From: an uncultured Acidimicrobiales bacterium
GTDB lineage: Bacteria; Actinomycetota; Acidimicrobiia; Acidimicrobiales; SZUA-35
Reading direction: 5' to 3'
DNA length: 64,000 nt
Assembly: GCA_963717115.1 (NCBI GenBank)
Contig: CAVQVO010000020.1
Span: 1,158,357 to 1,222,356, forward strand
The notes under the pieces are model-generated. The model did no database searches. It was not told where the DNA came from and saw nothing but the letters and a program-made list of their open reading frames with translations. The translations under genes were made by a program, and so were the position numbers. This document shows positions 17,728 through 27,418 of the stretch, in pieces (the stretch's first letter is position 1; each line of letters starts with the position of its first letter).

Positions 17728-18801
17728 TCAGTCGCTGCGGTGTACGGCAGCGTGGAACCCGTCGAGCAGGTGGTCGGAGAACACCCGAGCGACCAGTTCG
17801 CCGCGGCTGGTGAATCCGGTCTTGGTGAAGATCGCCTTGACGTGATCGCGCACGGTGTGGGGCGAGATGCTCAGCTCGGCGGCGATCTCCTTGGTGGCCA
17901 GCCCGCGTGCGAGGTGGACGACGATGTCGATCTCGCGTTCGGTGAGGTCGTAGGCCTCGAGCAGGATCGGCGTCAGATCGGCGGCGCGGGCCGGCTCGAT
18001 CATGACGGCGACCGTGCCCTGGTCGCCTTCCATCGGGATGGCGGTGACTCGGCGCCATCGTCCGGAATTCCCGTGCAGCCGGGTGGCGGTGTGTGACGAC
18101 GATCGGCTGGCCCGGGCGCGGGTGACGACGTTGCGAACGAGCGAAGGCAGCCCGTCCTCGTCGACACCGACGGTGCGCAGTTCGTCGAGCAGTCGACCCG
18201 CTTCGACGGTCAGATCCTGCACCTGGTTGTCGCGATCGACCACGAGCATCGCCGCCGTGCCCTTGGCCTCCATGTCGAGGGCGACCACTCCGGCCCGGAG
18301 GGACTTGGCGATGATCGGAACCAGGGCCTCGACGTGTCGGATCTCGTCGTCGGTGAAGGGCCCGTCGTCGAGCGCGCGGAGGAGCATCACGACGCCCCAA
18401 CAGCGGGATCCGACGACGAAGGCTGCCCGCAATTCGTCGGCGACACCGAGCGGCGCATAGAGGTTGGTGTAGATCGGCGCCCGGTCCAGATCGCCATCGG
18501 TGGCCTCGACGAGCGTGGCGACCGAGGCAGTGCTGCGCGCGAGATCGGTGAACTTGTTGTAGCCCGGGGCGAGCAGCTCGTTGTCCCAGAAGGGTGCACA
18601 CGCCTCGGCGTCGAAGCCTTCGACGAGACCTCCGGTGGGGAGCAGGGTGTCGGGGTCGACGGTCATCAGCGCACTCCACGAGAACGTCGCGACATCGTGG
18701 AGGGCCGCTTGCGCCGCTTCGAGCGTGGCCGTGAGGTCGCTCCCCTCGACCTCGAGGCACCGGAGACGGTCACGGGCACGGGTGAAATCGGCGACGTCCA
18801 T
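17728..18801 (-). CDS. LuxR-family transcriptional regulator with N-terminal GAF-like sensor region
   Basis: ORF 17728..18888, trimmed to MDVADFTRARD. The C-terminal HTH is LTEREIDIVVHLARGLATKEIAAELSISPHTVRDHVKAIF. Confidence 0.8.
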   Translation of the reverse strand: MDVADFTRARDRLRCLEVEGSDLTATLEAAQAALHDVATFSWSALMTVDPDTLLPTGGLVEGFDAEACAPFWDNELLAPGYNKFTDLARSTASVATLVEATDGDLDRAPIYTNLYAPLGVADELRAAFVVGSRCWGVVMLLRALDDGPFTDDEIRHVEALVPIIAKSLRAGVVALDMEAKGTAAMLVVDRDNQVQDLTVEAGRLLDELRTVGVDEDGLPSLVRNVVTRARASRSSSHTATRLHGNSGRWRRVTAIPMEGDQGTVAVMIEPARAADLTPILLEAYDLTEREIDIVVHLARGLATKEIAAELSISPHTVRDHVKAIFTKTGFTSRGELVARVFSDHLLDGFHAAVHRSD

Positions 18802-19066
18802 GGGGCCGAGCGTATGGGTCGGTCGCCGACGCCGCCATCCCCCCATCGAGGGGGTGCGGCCCCACCGATGAGGGTGAACAACACCCAACCCGGGGATTTC
18901 CCGGTGCCAGGACCGTTCCTATGGTCGAAGTCGACCCCGAGCGAGGAGGCCGACCAGCTGGCTGATCTGATCACCTGCCAGAACGTCTGATCCACCAGAA
19001 CGCCATCGTCGCCCACTTGGCCCACGGGCGATCACCGACCCACCACACCAACCAAAGGAACCGACC

Positions 19067-19546
19067 ATGAGCAGCCAAACCGCAAGCAGCCGAACCACGA
19101 CCGCGACGAGGGACATCTGGTTCGAAGGAGCCTTCATGCGGGTCCTCGTCGACACGAAGGAATCCGGCGGCGCCATCTCGATGATGGAGCACTGGTATCC
19201 CGCGAACTGGTCACCGCCGCTGCACGTCCACCATCGCGAGGATCAGGTGCTGCACGTGCTCGACGGCGAGATCACCGCCCGAGCCGGTGACGGACCGTTG
19301 ACCACTCTGCGGGCCGGCGAGTCGACCTTCCTCCCCCGCGACGTTCCGCACACGTTCCTGACCGGAGCCGACGGCGCCAAGATCCTCGAGATCAACACCC
19401 CCGGCGGGTTCGAGCAGTTCCACGTCGAAGCCGGCGAACCGGCACTCGAGACTCGGATTCCCGATCCGCAGGAGGTCGACGTGCCGAAACTCATGGACGC
19501 CATCCAGCCCTACGACGCCGAATTCGTGGGACCGCCGATGGGCTGA
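19067..19546 (+). CDS. cupin domain protein
   Basis: 159 aa with PPLHVHHREDQVLHVLDGE and LPRDVPHTF (cupin motifs 1 and 2). Confidence 0.8.
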   Translation: MSSQTASSRTTTATRDIWFEGAFMRVLVDTKESGGAISMMEHWYPANWSPPLHVHHREDQVLHVLDGEITARAGDGPLTTLRAGESTFLPRDVPHTFLTGADGAKILEINTPGGFEQFHVEAGEPALETRIPDPQEVDVPKLMDAIQPYDAEFVGPPMG

Positions 19547-19560
19547 CGTCGCTGGGTCGG

Positions 19561-20556
19561 TCAGGTGGTTCGACCCGTGAACGCCATCAGTCGGGTGACC
19601 GCATCGTCGTGGGCGGGGGTCGCGACGGCATCGAAACCCTTGCCCTCGCCGCGATTGTCGGGGCGGATGACCTGCTCGGCGACACCGGTGACGAAGGCCG
19701 TGAGGGGCTCGGAGGCCGGGAACGGCCGCCCGGTCGCCTGCGCGAAGTCCCAGCCGTGGACGAACAGTTCGAGGCTCAGGATCCCGGCCGGGAGCGCGGC
19801 GGGTGCGTCGCCGCCGCCGAAGGGCACGGTGCCCTCGATCCCCCGGGTTCGCCAAGCGGCGAGGGCGGCCTCGGTGGCCTGGGCGATGAAGTCCTCGGCG
19901 GACTCGGCCTGGATCTCCTCGGGGATCTCGGCCCCGGCGAGTCCTCCCAGACCCCGCATGCTGCCCATGAGGTGTTCGACCAGGTCGTGGACCGTGTACT
20001 CGCGGCACGGCGTCGGCAACTCGCGGTCCTCCGCGGTGAAGGTGCGCATCACCTGTTGGCACAACGCCCAGCTCGCCTCGGCCGCGGAGAGGTGGTCGAG
20101 TTCGTCACCGCCGGCGGCCCAGGGGTCGAGGCCGGCGTCTCCCGAGCCGGCCGCCTCGGCCAGTCGATCGAGGTAGTGCGCCCAGCCCTCGGTGTGTCCG
20201 GCGACCTGGTCGGGTCCGAGTCCGTCATGGGTCATCCGAACGAGCGTCCGGTCGCCGACCGGTTCGAACTCCACCACGATCGTCGACGACCCGGGGGCCG
20301 GGTCGTCGGAACCGATCCATCCCCAGGTGTACACGATGCGTTTCCCGGGCTCGAGCTCTCGGAACGTGCCGCCGGCGGTGTTTCCGGGCGTCACCGTGAG
20401 GCGGTACTCCCCGCCGACCCGCAGATCGACTGCGCTGCTCAGCGCCTGCCAACGCCGGAGCCGTGCCGGTTCGGTGAACAGGGCGAACGCCTCCTCGGGA
20501 CCGACGTCGATGAGCCGCTCGAACGCGATCGGCCCCGTCTCGTTCTCGTCATCCAT
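19561..20556 (-). CDS. fusion of SRPBCC (AHSA1-like) domain and DinB/mycothiol-maleylpyruvate-isomerase-N-like domain
   Basis: 331 aa. The N-terminus is ERLIDVGPEEAFALFTEPARLRRW...RIVYTWGW. The second half has TPCREYTVHDLVEHL, typical of the DinB/MDMPI fold. It overlaps the upstream ArsR gene by 8 nt. Confidence 0.8.
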   Translation of the reverse strand: MDDENETGPIAFERLIDVGPEEAFALFTEPARLRRWQALSSAVDLRVGGEYRLTVTPGNTAGGTFRELEPGKRIVYTWGWIGSDDPAPGSSTIVVEFEPVGDRTLVRMTHDGLGPDQVAGHTEGWAHYLDRLAEAAGSGDAGLDPWAAGGDELDHLSAAEASWALCQQVMRTFTAEDRELPTPCREYTVHDLVEHLMGSMRGLGGLAGAEIPEEIQAESAEDFIAQATEAALAAWRTRGIEGTVPFGGGDAPAALPAGILSLELFVHGWDFAQATGRPFPASEPLTAFVTGVAEQVIRPDNRGEGKGFDAVATPAHDDAVTRLMAFTGRTT

Positions 20557-20866
20557 GGCGCAACTCCTTCCGGTCGAGGTTTCTGGCCGCCGTCTCGAGG
20601 TCGTCGAGTTCGTTGACGAGGAACCGTTCGATTTCTGCCCGTGCCCTCGCGAGGCCGTCGGGATCGATCCGATAGAGCCGTTCCCGACCGGAGCGGCGCT
20701 CGGCGACGATGTGGGCGTCCTTGAGCACCTTGAGGTGCTGGGACACGGCCGGACGGCTGATGTCGATCGTTTCCGCGATCACCCCGACCGGCGCCTCGCC
20801 GAGTTCGGCCAGTCGCGCCAGGACTTCACGACGCCGGGGTTCGGAGACGGCGTCGAGGGGGTTCAC
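20549..20866 (-). CDS. ArsR/SmtB-family transcriptional regulator
   Basis: 105 aa with PRRREVLARL...ISRPAVSQHLKVLKDAHIV (wHTH). The ArsR + AHSA1/SRPBCC pairing is a common operon type. Confidence 0.85.
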   Translation of the reverse strand: MNPLDAVSEPRRREVLARLAELGEAPVGVIAETIDISRPAVSQHLKVLKDAHIVAERRSGRERLYRIDPDGLARARAEIERFLVNELDDLETAARNLDRKELRHG

Positions 20867-20936
20867 GACTGAAACGTTAGTCCTCGCTTACCGATCCGTC
20901 AACGGGTCGGCCGCACGGACGACCCGTTCGGTACCG

Positions 20937-22871
20937 TCAGCCTCGGGCGCCGACGACGCCACTGACCGGCGTGGCCGTCGCCTCGAGATCATCCGGCGAC
21001 CGGGGTGGGCCGATCGCGTCGCCCTGTGCGTACGGCAGTCCGATCCGACGCACGAGTTCGAGTTGTTCGGCGGTGTCGACCCCGTCGGCCATCACGCTCA
21101 GGCCGAGACCGACGGCCACCTGCTGCAGACCGGCGAGGAGCGTTTGGAGTCGCTCGTACCCGGGAGCCTGCCGAACCAGATCCGGATGCAACGACACGAC
21201 GTCGATCGGTAGCTTGAGCAGATCCCCGAGCGTGGACTTCCCGCTGCCGAACTCGCCGAGCAGGATCCCGACGCCCATCGAGCGAATCGACGTGATGGCT
21301 TCCGCGGCGAACTGCGGATCGCGGATTCCGGCGGTCTCGGTGAGCATCAACTGGAGTTCACCCGCCCCGAGACCATGGTTCACGAAGATGGCCCCGACGT
21401 CGTCGACCAGGCCACCGCGCATGAGGTGGTTGGCGACCACCCGGACCGTGACCGACGCCGATCCGAGCGTCGGATGGCCGCGCCACCGCACCCGGGCCTC
21501 GGCGGCACCATCGAGGATCGAACGGGTCAGGGCGTCGAGGAGGCCGATGTCCTCGGCCAGGGGAAGGAACACCGCCGGCGGGACCTCGTCGCCGTCCGGG
21601 CGGGTCCAACGAGGCGTGAACTCCACCCAACTGATGGCACCGGTCCTCAGATCGACGGCGGGCTGGGCGACGGCTTCGATCGCCCCGGTCCGAATGGCGT
21701 GCCGCAGTTCGTCCTCGAGGCTCGTGCGCTCCTCGAGTTCCCCGGCGAGTCGATCGTCGAACCACACGATGCGTTGTCGACCGGTCCGTTTCGCCTCGTA
21801 GAGCGCATGATCCGCCCGTCGGAGGAGCGCTGCGGTCTCCCAGCCGACCTCGTCGACCACGATCAGCCCGATGGAGGCCGAGATCAGCGCCTCGTCGGCG
21901 CCCAGGGCGATCGGGCGCTCCACCTCGGCCAGGACCCGGCGACTGATCGCATGGAGATCGGCGCCTCCCCGTTCGAAGACCACGAGGAACTCGTCGCCTC
22001 CGAGCCGCGACACCACGTCCTCGGGACGCATGACCCCCCGGATCCGTCGGCCTGTCTCGACCAGCACGCGGTCGCCGGCTTCGTGGCCGAGCCGGTCGTT
22101 GACCTCCTTGAAATGGTCGAGGTCGACGAACATCACGACGAAGACGCCGCCCCCTCGCCGCTCCTCCATGCGCTCGAACGCGCCGGCCCGATTCAACAGA
22201 CCCGTGAGCGTGTCGTGCCGGGCCTCGCGGTTGGCCAGCGCTGCGAGGTCGGCGGCCTCGATCCGGACTGCGACGAGCCGGCGAAGGATGCGTCCGGTAC
22301 TGCGCAGGTCGCTGGTCATCAGTCCGAGGTACACCATCACACCGGCGGTGACCGCGGGCAGCCCCGCAACGAGGAACGCCGCGGCGAGGAGCACGAAGAG
22401 CGGAACCTGCACGCGCATCGCCAGCCCCGTCAACACCGAGAGTCCGCCCATCGCTCCGGCCCCGATGGCGAAGGCGAGGCCGAAGCAGATCCAGCGGTAG
22501 ACCTCGTCGGAACCGAAGGCGCCGACATCGAGCCAGGGCAGGGAACCCCAGACGATCCCGGCGACGACGTTGGTGTCGAAGACGAAGCCCGGCCTGTCGA
22601 GTGGGGCGCTCACGGCTTCGGGATTGCGGGAATCGGCGGCCTGTCGGGCGGCGAGCGCGGTCAGGGCCCCGAACCAGATCCAGAGACGCGGGTGAGGGAC
22701 GTGGGACCACAGGAGCGACAACGCAACCAACCCCGCCACCAGGTTTCCGATCGGGGCGACATGACTGCTCGCCACGAAGAACTCACGGACCTGCTCGTCG
22801 ACGTTCGTACGCAGATCCTCGGCGCGACGGTGGTGGGTGGGATCGGGCCCCTCGGGCCCCTCGAGCGTCAT
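20937..22871 (-). CDS. membrane-bound GGDEF-EAL protein (intact GGDEF with RxxD I-site; degenerate EAL)
   Basis: ORF 20937..22979; the start is uncertain (MTLEGPEG taken). It has about 6 TM segments, RPEDVVSRLGGDEF, and an EAL domain with EAV, GEFGSGKS and ADGVDT in place of EAL, DDFGTGYS and EGVE. Confidence 0.85.
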   Translation of the reverse strand: MTLEGPEGPDPTHHRRAEDLRTNVDEQVREFFVASSHVAPIGNLVAGLVALSLLWSHVPHPRLWIWFGALTALAARQAADSRNPEAVSAPLDRPGFVFDTNVVAGIVWGSLPWLDVGAFGSDEVYRWICFGLAFAIGAGAMGGLSVLTGLAMRVQVPLFVLLAAAFLVAGLPAVTAGVMVYLGLMTSDLRSTGRILRRLVAVRIEAADLAALANREARHDTLTGLLNRAGAFERMEERRGGGVFVVMFVDLDHFKEVNDRLGHEAGDRVLVETGRRIRGVMRPEDVVSRLGGDEFLVVFERGGADLHAISRRVLAEVERPIALGADEALISASIGLIVVDEVGWETAALLRRADHALYEAKRTGRQRIVWFDDRLAGELEERTSLEDELRHAIRTGAIEAVAQPAVDLRTGAISWVEFTPRWTRPDGDEVPPAVFLPLAEDIGLLDALTRSILDGAAEARVRWRGHPTLGSASVTVRVVANHLMRGGLVDDVGAIFVNHGLGAGELQLMLTETAGIRDPQFAAEAITSIRSMGVGILLGEFGSGKSTLGDLLKLPIDVVSLHPDLVRQAPGYERLQTLLAGLQQVAVGLGLSVMADGVDTAEQLELVRRIGLPYAQGDAIGPPRSPDDLEATATPVSGVVGARG

Positions 22872-23012
22872 GCACGAAGTCTCGGCAGCCGAACCCCTCG
22901 ATTGAGCCGGTCCCGGACCCGGGCCGGCGCCGGCGCGGACCCGGGGAGCCGCTGACGCGTCGCCCGGACGTGCGGTCACCAGCGGTTGCGATCGGGCGAA
23001 GTGACGATCCGC

Positions 23013-23594
23013 TCAGCGAACCCAGCTGTTCGGGATACCCCGTTCGCACCAGCTGCCGAAGCGTCGCCAGAACACGTCCATCCCGCGGGTCCAGACCTTG
23101 TCGGCGCCACGGCGGACATCGGTGTCGAGTCGGAGTCGCATCGACGTCGTGCCATCGGCCGTTCCGTCCTCGACCCAGAACTGGAGACGAGTCGGTCGGA
23201 ACAGGGCGTGGCTGACCGCATAGCTGCCATAGAAGTACTGCAGATCGCGGTACCGCTCGGGTTCGATCATCCCCAGCACCCCCGAGAACGACATGAACGG
23301 ACCGACATGGGCGTTGTAGACACCCTCGGCGAACCCCGATTCGCCACTGGAATTCGTCAGGAATTCGACTCGGAAGGGCGGAAGCTGGCCGTCGGTGAAC
23401 GTCGCCGGGTCGCACAACCAGGCCCACACCGCCGAGCGGGGACGACCGATCTCCCAACGGTGCTCGTAGACGTTGCGCACGAAACCCGCCGGCGGGTTCG
23501 GAGGAGAGGGCGCCACCGCCACGATCGGTCCCTGGATCTCGACGTCGGCTGCGTTCGTGGACTCGGACGTGCTCATGGCGACAGTCTTGCTCAT
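23013..23594 (-). CDS. hypothetical protein, SRPBCC-like
   Basis: Last 193 aa of ORF 23013..25049, from MSKTVAMSTSE. ...HRWEIGRPRSAVWAWLCDPATF... resembles a START/SRPBCC N-terminus. The rest of the long ORF is antisense to the PAS gene. Confidence 0.6.
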   Translation of the reverse strand: MSKTVAMSTSESTNAADVEIQGPIVAVAPSPPNPPAGFVRNVYEHRWEIGRPRSAVWAWLCDPATFTDGQLPPFRVEFLTNSSGESGFAEGVYNAHVGPFMSFSGVLGMIEPERYRDLQYFYGSYAVSHALFRPTRLQFWVEDGTADGTTSMRLRLDTDVRRGADKVWTRGMDVFWRRFGSWCERGIPNSWVR

Positions 23595-23672
23595 CGAACC
23601 CGTGGCCGCAGAAGCAGGCTGAACGGTTCTCGGCCATGCGGTAGCGTGGCGGTCGGATGGGTCAGACTGCCG

Positions 23673-24803
23673 ATGGGAGGAGGGGTCGTGCATCGTCCCG
23701 ACGATCATGTTGCCGATGGCTCGGTCGACCGGACCGCGGTCGAGGTGGCCGTGCTCGATGCCAACGGCGTGATCGTCGCCGTCAATGGACCGTGGACCGA
23801 CTTCTGCGAGGCGAACGAGGGCAATCCGGCTTCGACCGGTGTCGGAGTCGACTACCTCGACGTGTGCCGCCGGGCGGGATCCGAGCCCGGCGCCCGCGAG
23901 GTCGCTGCGGCCATCGAAGCGTCGCTGGTGGGCTCGGCCCCGGTCGTCGAGCGCATCCAGATCGCCTGCCACTCCCCGCTCGAGCGACGCTGGTTCGACG
24001 TGTTCGTGTCGTCTCGCACGAGCGAGCAGGGCGAGCCCATCGGGGCCACCGTGATGGTGACGCGAGTGCCCGAGACCCGCACCGACGCCCTCGATGCCGA
24101 CCACTCCCTGGCGTGGGAGATGCTCGAGGCGTTCCCCGATGCGGTCGTGATGGCCGACGACGGCGGGATCATCGAGTCGATCAACGGCCCGGCCGAGCGC
24201 CTCTTCGGATGCCGTCGGGGGGATCTGATCGGTCGTCCCATCGACGGCCTGCTGCCCGGTAGCGGCGGGAGCGACACCCCGGACCGCGTCCAGATCTCGG
24301 CGATTCGCCTCGATGGTGACGAGATCCCGGTGGAGGTGTCCTTCAGCCGACCCGACGTCCGGGGACGACCTCGCCTCATCGCCTCGGTTCGCGACATCAC
24401 CGATCGCGTTCGGAGCGAAGGCCGCTCGCGGCTGATCGATCGGTGCATCGACAGCGTGTCCGATGCGATCCTCGTACTCGACGAGAACACGTTGCGATTC
24501 GTGCATGTCAACGGCGGCGCCGTCGAGATGTTCGGCTACGACCGGCGGGCACTCGTCGGTTCGATGTCGCCACCCGATCTTGCTCCCGAGCTCTCGCTCG
24601 CCGAACTGGCGAACGCCCTCGCCAGTCTGCGCCACGCTCCCGGGGACCACGTCCGGCTGACCACGATCGGCCGCACGAGGCAGGGTCGGGCCCTTCCGAT
24701 CGAGGTCCAGATCGACTGGCCACTGCCGACGAGCCCCAACGGTCCCCGACCCGTGGTCGCCGTCGTCCGTCGGACCGATGTTTCTCCGTCGACCGTCGAG
24801 TGA
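23673..24803 (+). CDS. triple-PAS sensor protein without recognisable output domain
   Basis: In ORF 22986..24803; ATG 23673 (or GTG 23688, 7 nt after GGAGG). There are three PAS-like units (VAVLDANGVIVAVNGPW..., AVVMADDGGIIESINGPAERLFG..., AILVLDENTLRFVHVNGGAVEMFGY...). Confidence 0.75.
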   Translation: MGGGVVHRPDDHVADGSVDRTAVEVAVLDANGVIVAVNGPWTDFCEANEGNPASTGVGVDYLDVCRRAGSEPGAREVAAAIEASLVGSAPVVERIQIACHSPLERRWFDVFVSSRTSEQGEPIGATVMVTRVPETRTDALDADHSLAWEMLEAFPDAVVMADDGGIIESINGPAERLFGCRRGDLIGRPIDGLLPGSGGSDTPDRVQISAIRLDGDEIPVEVSFSRPDVRGRPRLIASVRDITDRVRSEGRSRLIDRCIDSVSDAILVLDENTLRFVHVNGGAVEMFGYDRRALVGSMSPPDLAPELSLAELANALASLRHAPGDHVRLTTIGRTRQGRALPIEVQIDWPLPTSPNGPRPVVAVVRRTDVSPSTVE

Positions 24804-25019
24804 ACCAAGCCCGCCAGGGCTGACGAACGACGTAGGGCCGAAGAGGACGGTTCTCACACTCGACCCGGTGGTGGAGCCTGCGTGGCGTGAACGGCCCGCC
24901 CGGAGGGCACGAGCAGCGAACGACGTGGCCCTGACGGGACAGTACGAGAACTCGGCGTCCGGTCCAGCGGCGATGTTGTGAGCGCCAGCGAACAACTCGG
25001 GGTGCCCGAAGGGCACACG

Positions 25020-25093
25020 TGGGCGTTGAGGGACTCGAACCCCCGACATCCTCCTTGTAAGGGAGGCGCTCTAGCCAACTGAGCTAAACGCCC
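25020..25093 (-). tRNA. tRNA-Val (anticodon TAC)
   Basis: Hand-folded: GGGCGTT/TA/GCTC-AGTTGGCTA-GAGC/G/CCTCC-CTTACAA-GGAGG/ATGTC/GGGGG-TTCGAGT-CCCTC/AACGCCC/A. 74 nt; CCA is not encoded. Confidence 0.9.
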
Positions 25094-25137
25094 GAGGGCT
25101 GCGAGCCTAGCGGCCCGGCAGGGACCCCCCGATCACG

Positions 25138-25893
25138 TCATCGAGGGTCGAACCAGGCCCGCCGCATCGCAACGAGTCGGTCGAGCAGCTCGGGGGTGGC
25201 CGCGGCCACCGGCGCCCGACGGACAGAGGGGTCGAGAACCACCATCTCCTCCCCGAAGGCGTCGACCACCTCGACACCGGCCTCACGACACACCAGCAGC
25301 GCCCCGAGGTAGTCCCACACCCCATGAGCCCGGTCGACATCGACGTAGCCGTCGAACGATCCACTGGCCACCGCACACAGATCGAGTGCGGCGGCACCGA
25401 ACGCCCGGTACTGCCGCCAGCCCTCATGACGCGGGGGCAGGCCCGAGAACGACAGCAGGGCATCGGAGAGGTCGGTCACCGACGACGGCTCGAACACCGC
25501 CCGGTCGACTTCGACGCCTTCACCCCGAATGGCCCGGAAGTGCTCCTGATCGGCCAGGTTGACCACCAGAGCCGCCAGCGGCCCCGATTCGTCGACTGCG
25601 CACAGGCTCGTGGCGTACCACGGCAATCCGTGTGATGCGTTCGTCGATCCGTCGATCGGGTCGACGACGACCGTGATGGTGCTCCGGGGAACCCGAATCA
25701 GTCCGGACTCCTCGGTGAGCACCGAGAAGCCCTCGTCGAGCAGAGCCGGCAGGAGCAACTCGTCGGCAACGACGTCGTGTACGTACTGGCCGATCGTTGC
25801 CCCCGACAACCCCCAGTCGTCGAGGCCCTCCAGACGTTCCGACAGCGCGGCCGCCAGTTGCTCGAACAGCTCGATCAGTCCCGTCGGCGACAC
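25138..25893 (-). CDS. inositol monophosphatase family protein (SuhB/HisN-like)
   Basis: 251 aa, GTG start, with [15 protein letters not shown] and WDYLGALL motifs. Confidence 0.85.
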   Translation of the reverse strand: MSPTGLIELFEQLAAALSERLEGLDDWGLSGATIGQYVHDVVADELLLPALLDEGFSVLTEESGLIRVPRSTITVVVDPIDGSTNASHGLPWYATSLCAVDESGPLAALVVNLADQEHFRAIRGEGVEVDRAVFEPSSVTDLSDALLSFSGLPPRHEGWRQYRAFGAAALDLCAVASGSFDGYVDVDRAHGVWDYLGALLVCREAGVEVVDAFGEEMVVLDPSVRRAPVAAATPELLDRLVAMRRAWFDPR

Positions 25894-26009
25894 GGCCCGA
25901 CGCTACCAGTGCGTCGTCGACGACGAGCAGGACGCCGGGCCGGACACCGGCGAGGGAACGCTCGGAACTTCTGGCAGGCTTGGCGTGAGTACCTTCACCA
26001 GGGAGTGCA

Positions 26010-26573
26010 ATGGCGATCATCGACGTTCCCGGCTTCGTTGCCGAGATGAAGGAGCACGCAGCCGATCACGGCTTTCACGTGCACGACGAACGTCACTTCG
26101 TCGAGACGTACTCGTTGCGTCAGGTTTGGGAGGTCGATCTGCATCCCGAGCGGGCGTGCGGCGGGCCGCTCGACCTCCACCTCGCCGTCGAGCTCGACCC
26201 CCGCACGATGCTCGGCTTCGAAGACAAGATGATCGAACTCGACGAACCCGAGGAACCGCCCCGGGGATGGTCGTTCCCGCTGATCTTCAATTGGTCGCTG
26301 CCGCCCCTGCCCAAGTGTCCCGACCTGCTGCTGCTCGCCACGGATCTGGCCGGCGTGGGCGGACCCGACCTGCCGCTCGAGATCGCCGCCATCGACTCGA
26401 CCGTCGCGGTCACCGATGCGCCGGTCCGCACTCTGTCGATCACCGCCAAGGTCGATCTCGACATGGCCGACGTCTATCTCCGGCAGGAAGAACTCTGCGA
26501 CGTCTTCGATCGCTGCCTCGACGTGAGCGAGTGGGTGCTCGATCGCTCGCCGATCTGGCTCGACGACGTCTGA
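26010..26573 (+). CDS. acidic hypothetical protein
   Basis: 187-aa ORF with AGGGAG before the ATG and coding-like codon bias. No motif was recognised. Confidence 0.55.
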   Translation: MAIIDVPGFVAEMKEHAADHGFHVHDERHFVETYSLRQVWEVDLHPERACGGPLDLHLAVELDPRTMLGFEDKMIELDEPEEPPRGWSFPLIFNWSLPPLPKCPDLLLLATDLAGVGGPDLPLEIAAIDSTVAVTDAPVRTLSITAKVDLDMADVYLRQEELCDVFDRCLDVSEWVLDRSPIWLDDV

Positions 26574-26614
26574 CCGATCGGGTCGCCTCGGGCCACCCTC
26601 GACGATCGCGTCGG

Positions 26615-27373
26615 TCAGCGGCCGCCGGTCACGTTGACCAACGAACCGGTGACGTAGCTCGATCGATCCGACGCCAACCAGAGCACGACGTCGGCGACTT
26701 CACCGGCCGAGCCGCCCCGTTGCATCGGGACGTTGGCCGCCATGGCCTGCACCCGATCGGGGAACCCGGCGCTGGCATGGATCTCGGTGTCGATCAGGCC
26801 GGGTCGGACGGCGTTGACCCGGATCCCCTCGGCGGCCACCTCCTTGGCGAGGCCGATGGTCAACGAGTCGACGGCGCCCTTCGACGCGGCGTAGTCGATG
26901 AACTCGCCCGGACTCCCGAGGTAGGAAGCCGCCGACGACACGTTCACGATCGCTCCACCGTTCCCACCGTTGGCGGTCGACATGATCCGAACCGCCTCGC
27001 GGGCGCACAGGATCGCCCCGACGACGTTCACGGCCATGACCCGCTCGACTCGTTCGGCCGAGAAGTCCTCCAGCCGGCCGATCGGAGCGACGATCCCGGC
27101 GTTGATGACCACGACGTCGAGCCGGCCGAACGAGCGCCGGGCAAGATCGAACAGATCGACCACCACGGACTCCCGCGCGATGTCGCCCTTGGCGACCACC
27201 ACGGTGGCACCCGCCGCCCGGCACGCCACGGCGACGGCTTCGGCGGCCCCTTCGGCCGACGCATAGCCCAGGCACAGGTCGTAGCCGTCCTCCGCCGCCC
27301 GACGGGCGACCTCGGCGCCGATTCCCCGACTGGCACCGGTGACGAGCATGACGGGACGGGTCGGGTCGGCCAT
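26615..27373 (-). CDS. SDR-family oxidoreductase
   Basis: Last 252 aa of ORF 26615..28201, from [19 protein letters not shown]. It has NAG and YAASK (YxxxK). Confidence 0.9.
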   Translation of the reverse strand: MADPTRPVMLVTGASRGIGAEVARRAAEDGYDLCLGYASAEGAAEAVAVACRAAGATVVVAKGDIARESVVVDLFDLARRSFGRLDVVVINAGIVAPIGRLEDFSAERVERVMAVNVVGAILCAREAVRIMSTANGGNGGAIVNVSSAASYLGSPGEFIDYAASKGAVDSLTIGLAKEVAAEGIRVNAVRPGLIDTEIHASAGFPDRVQAMAANVPMQRGGSAGEVADVVLWLASDRSSYVTGSLVNVTGGR

Positions 27374-27418
27374 GGCGCCGATCGTAGTCCCCGGTGCACG
27401 TGCCCTAAGGTCTCGACC

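Noticed and set aside
24804-25019. I considered the 216-bp non-coding gap between the PAS gene and tRNA-Val as a possible known ncRNA or a degenerate second tRNA.
   Set aside because: I could not fold a cloverleaf or recognise any known RNA family signature. Only short hairpins and the recurring ...GCGAAC(A)ACG... motif are visible, and these are reported separately.
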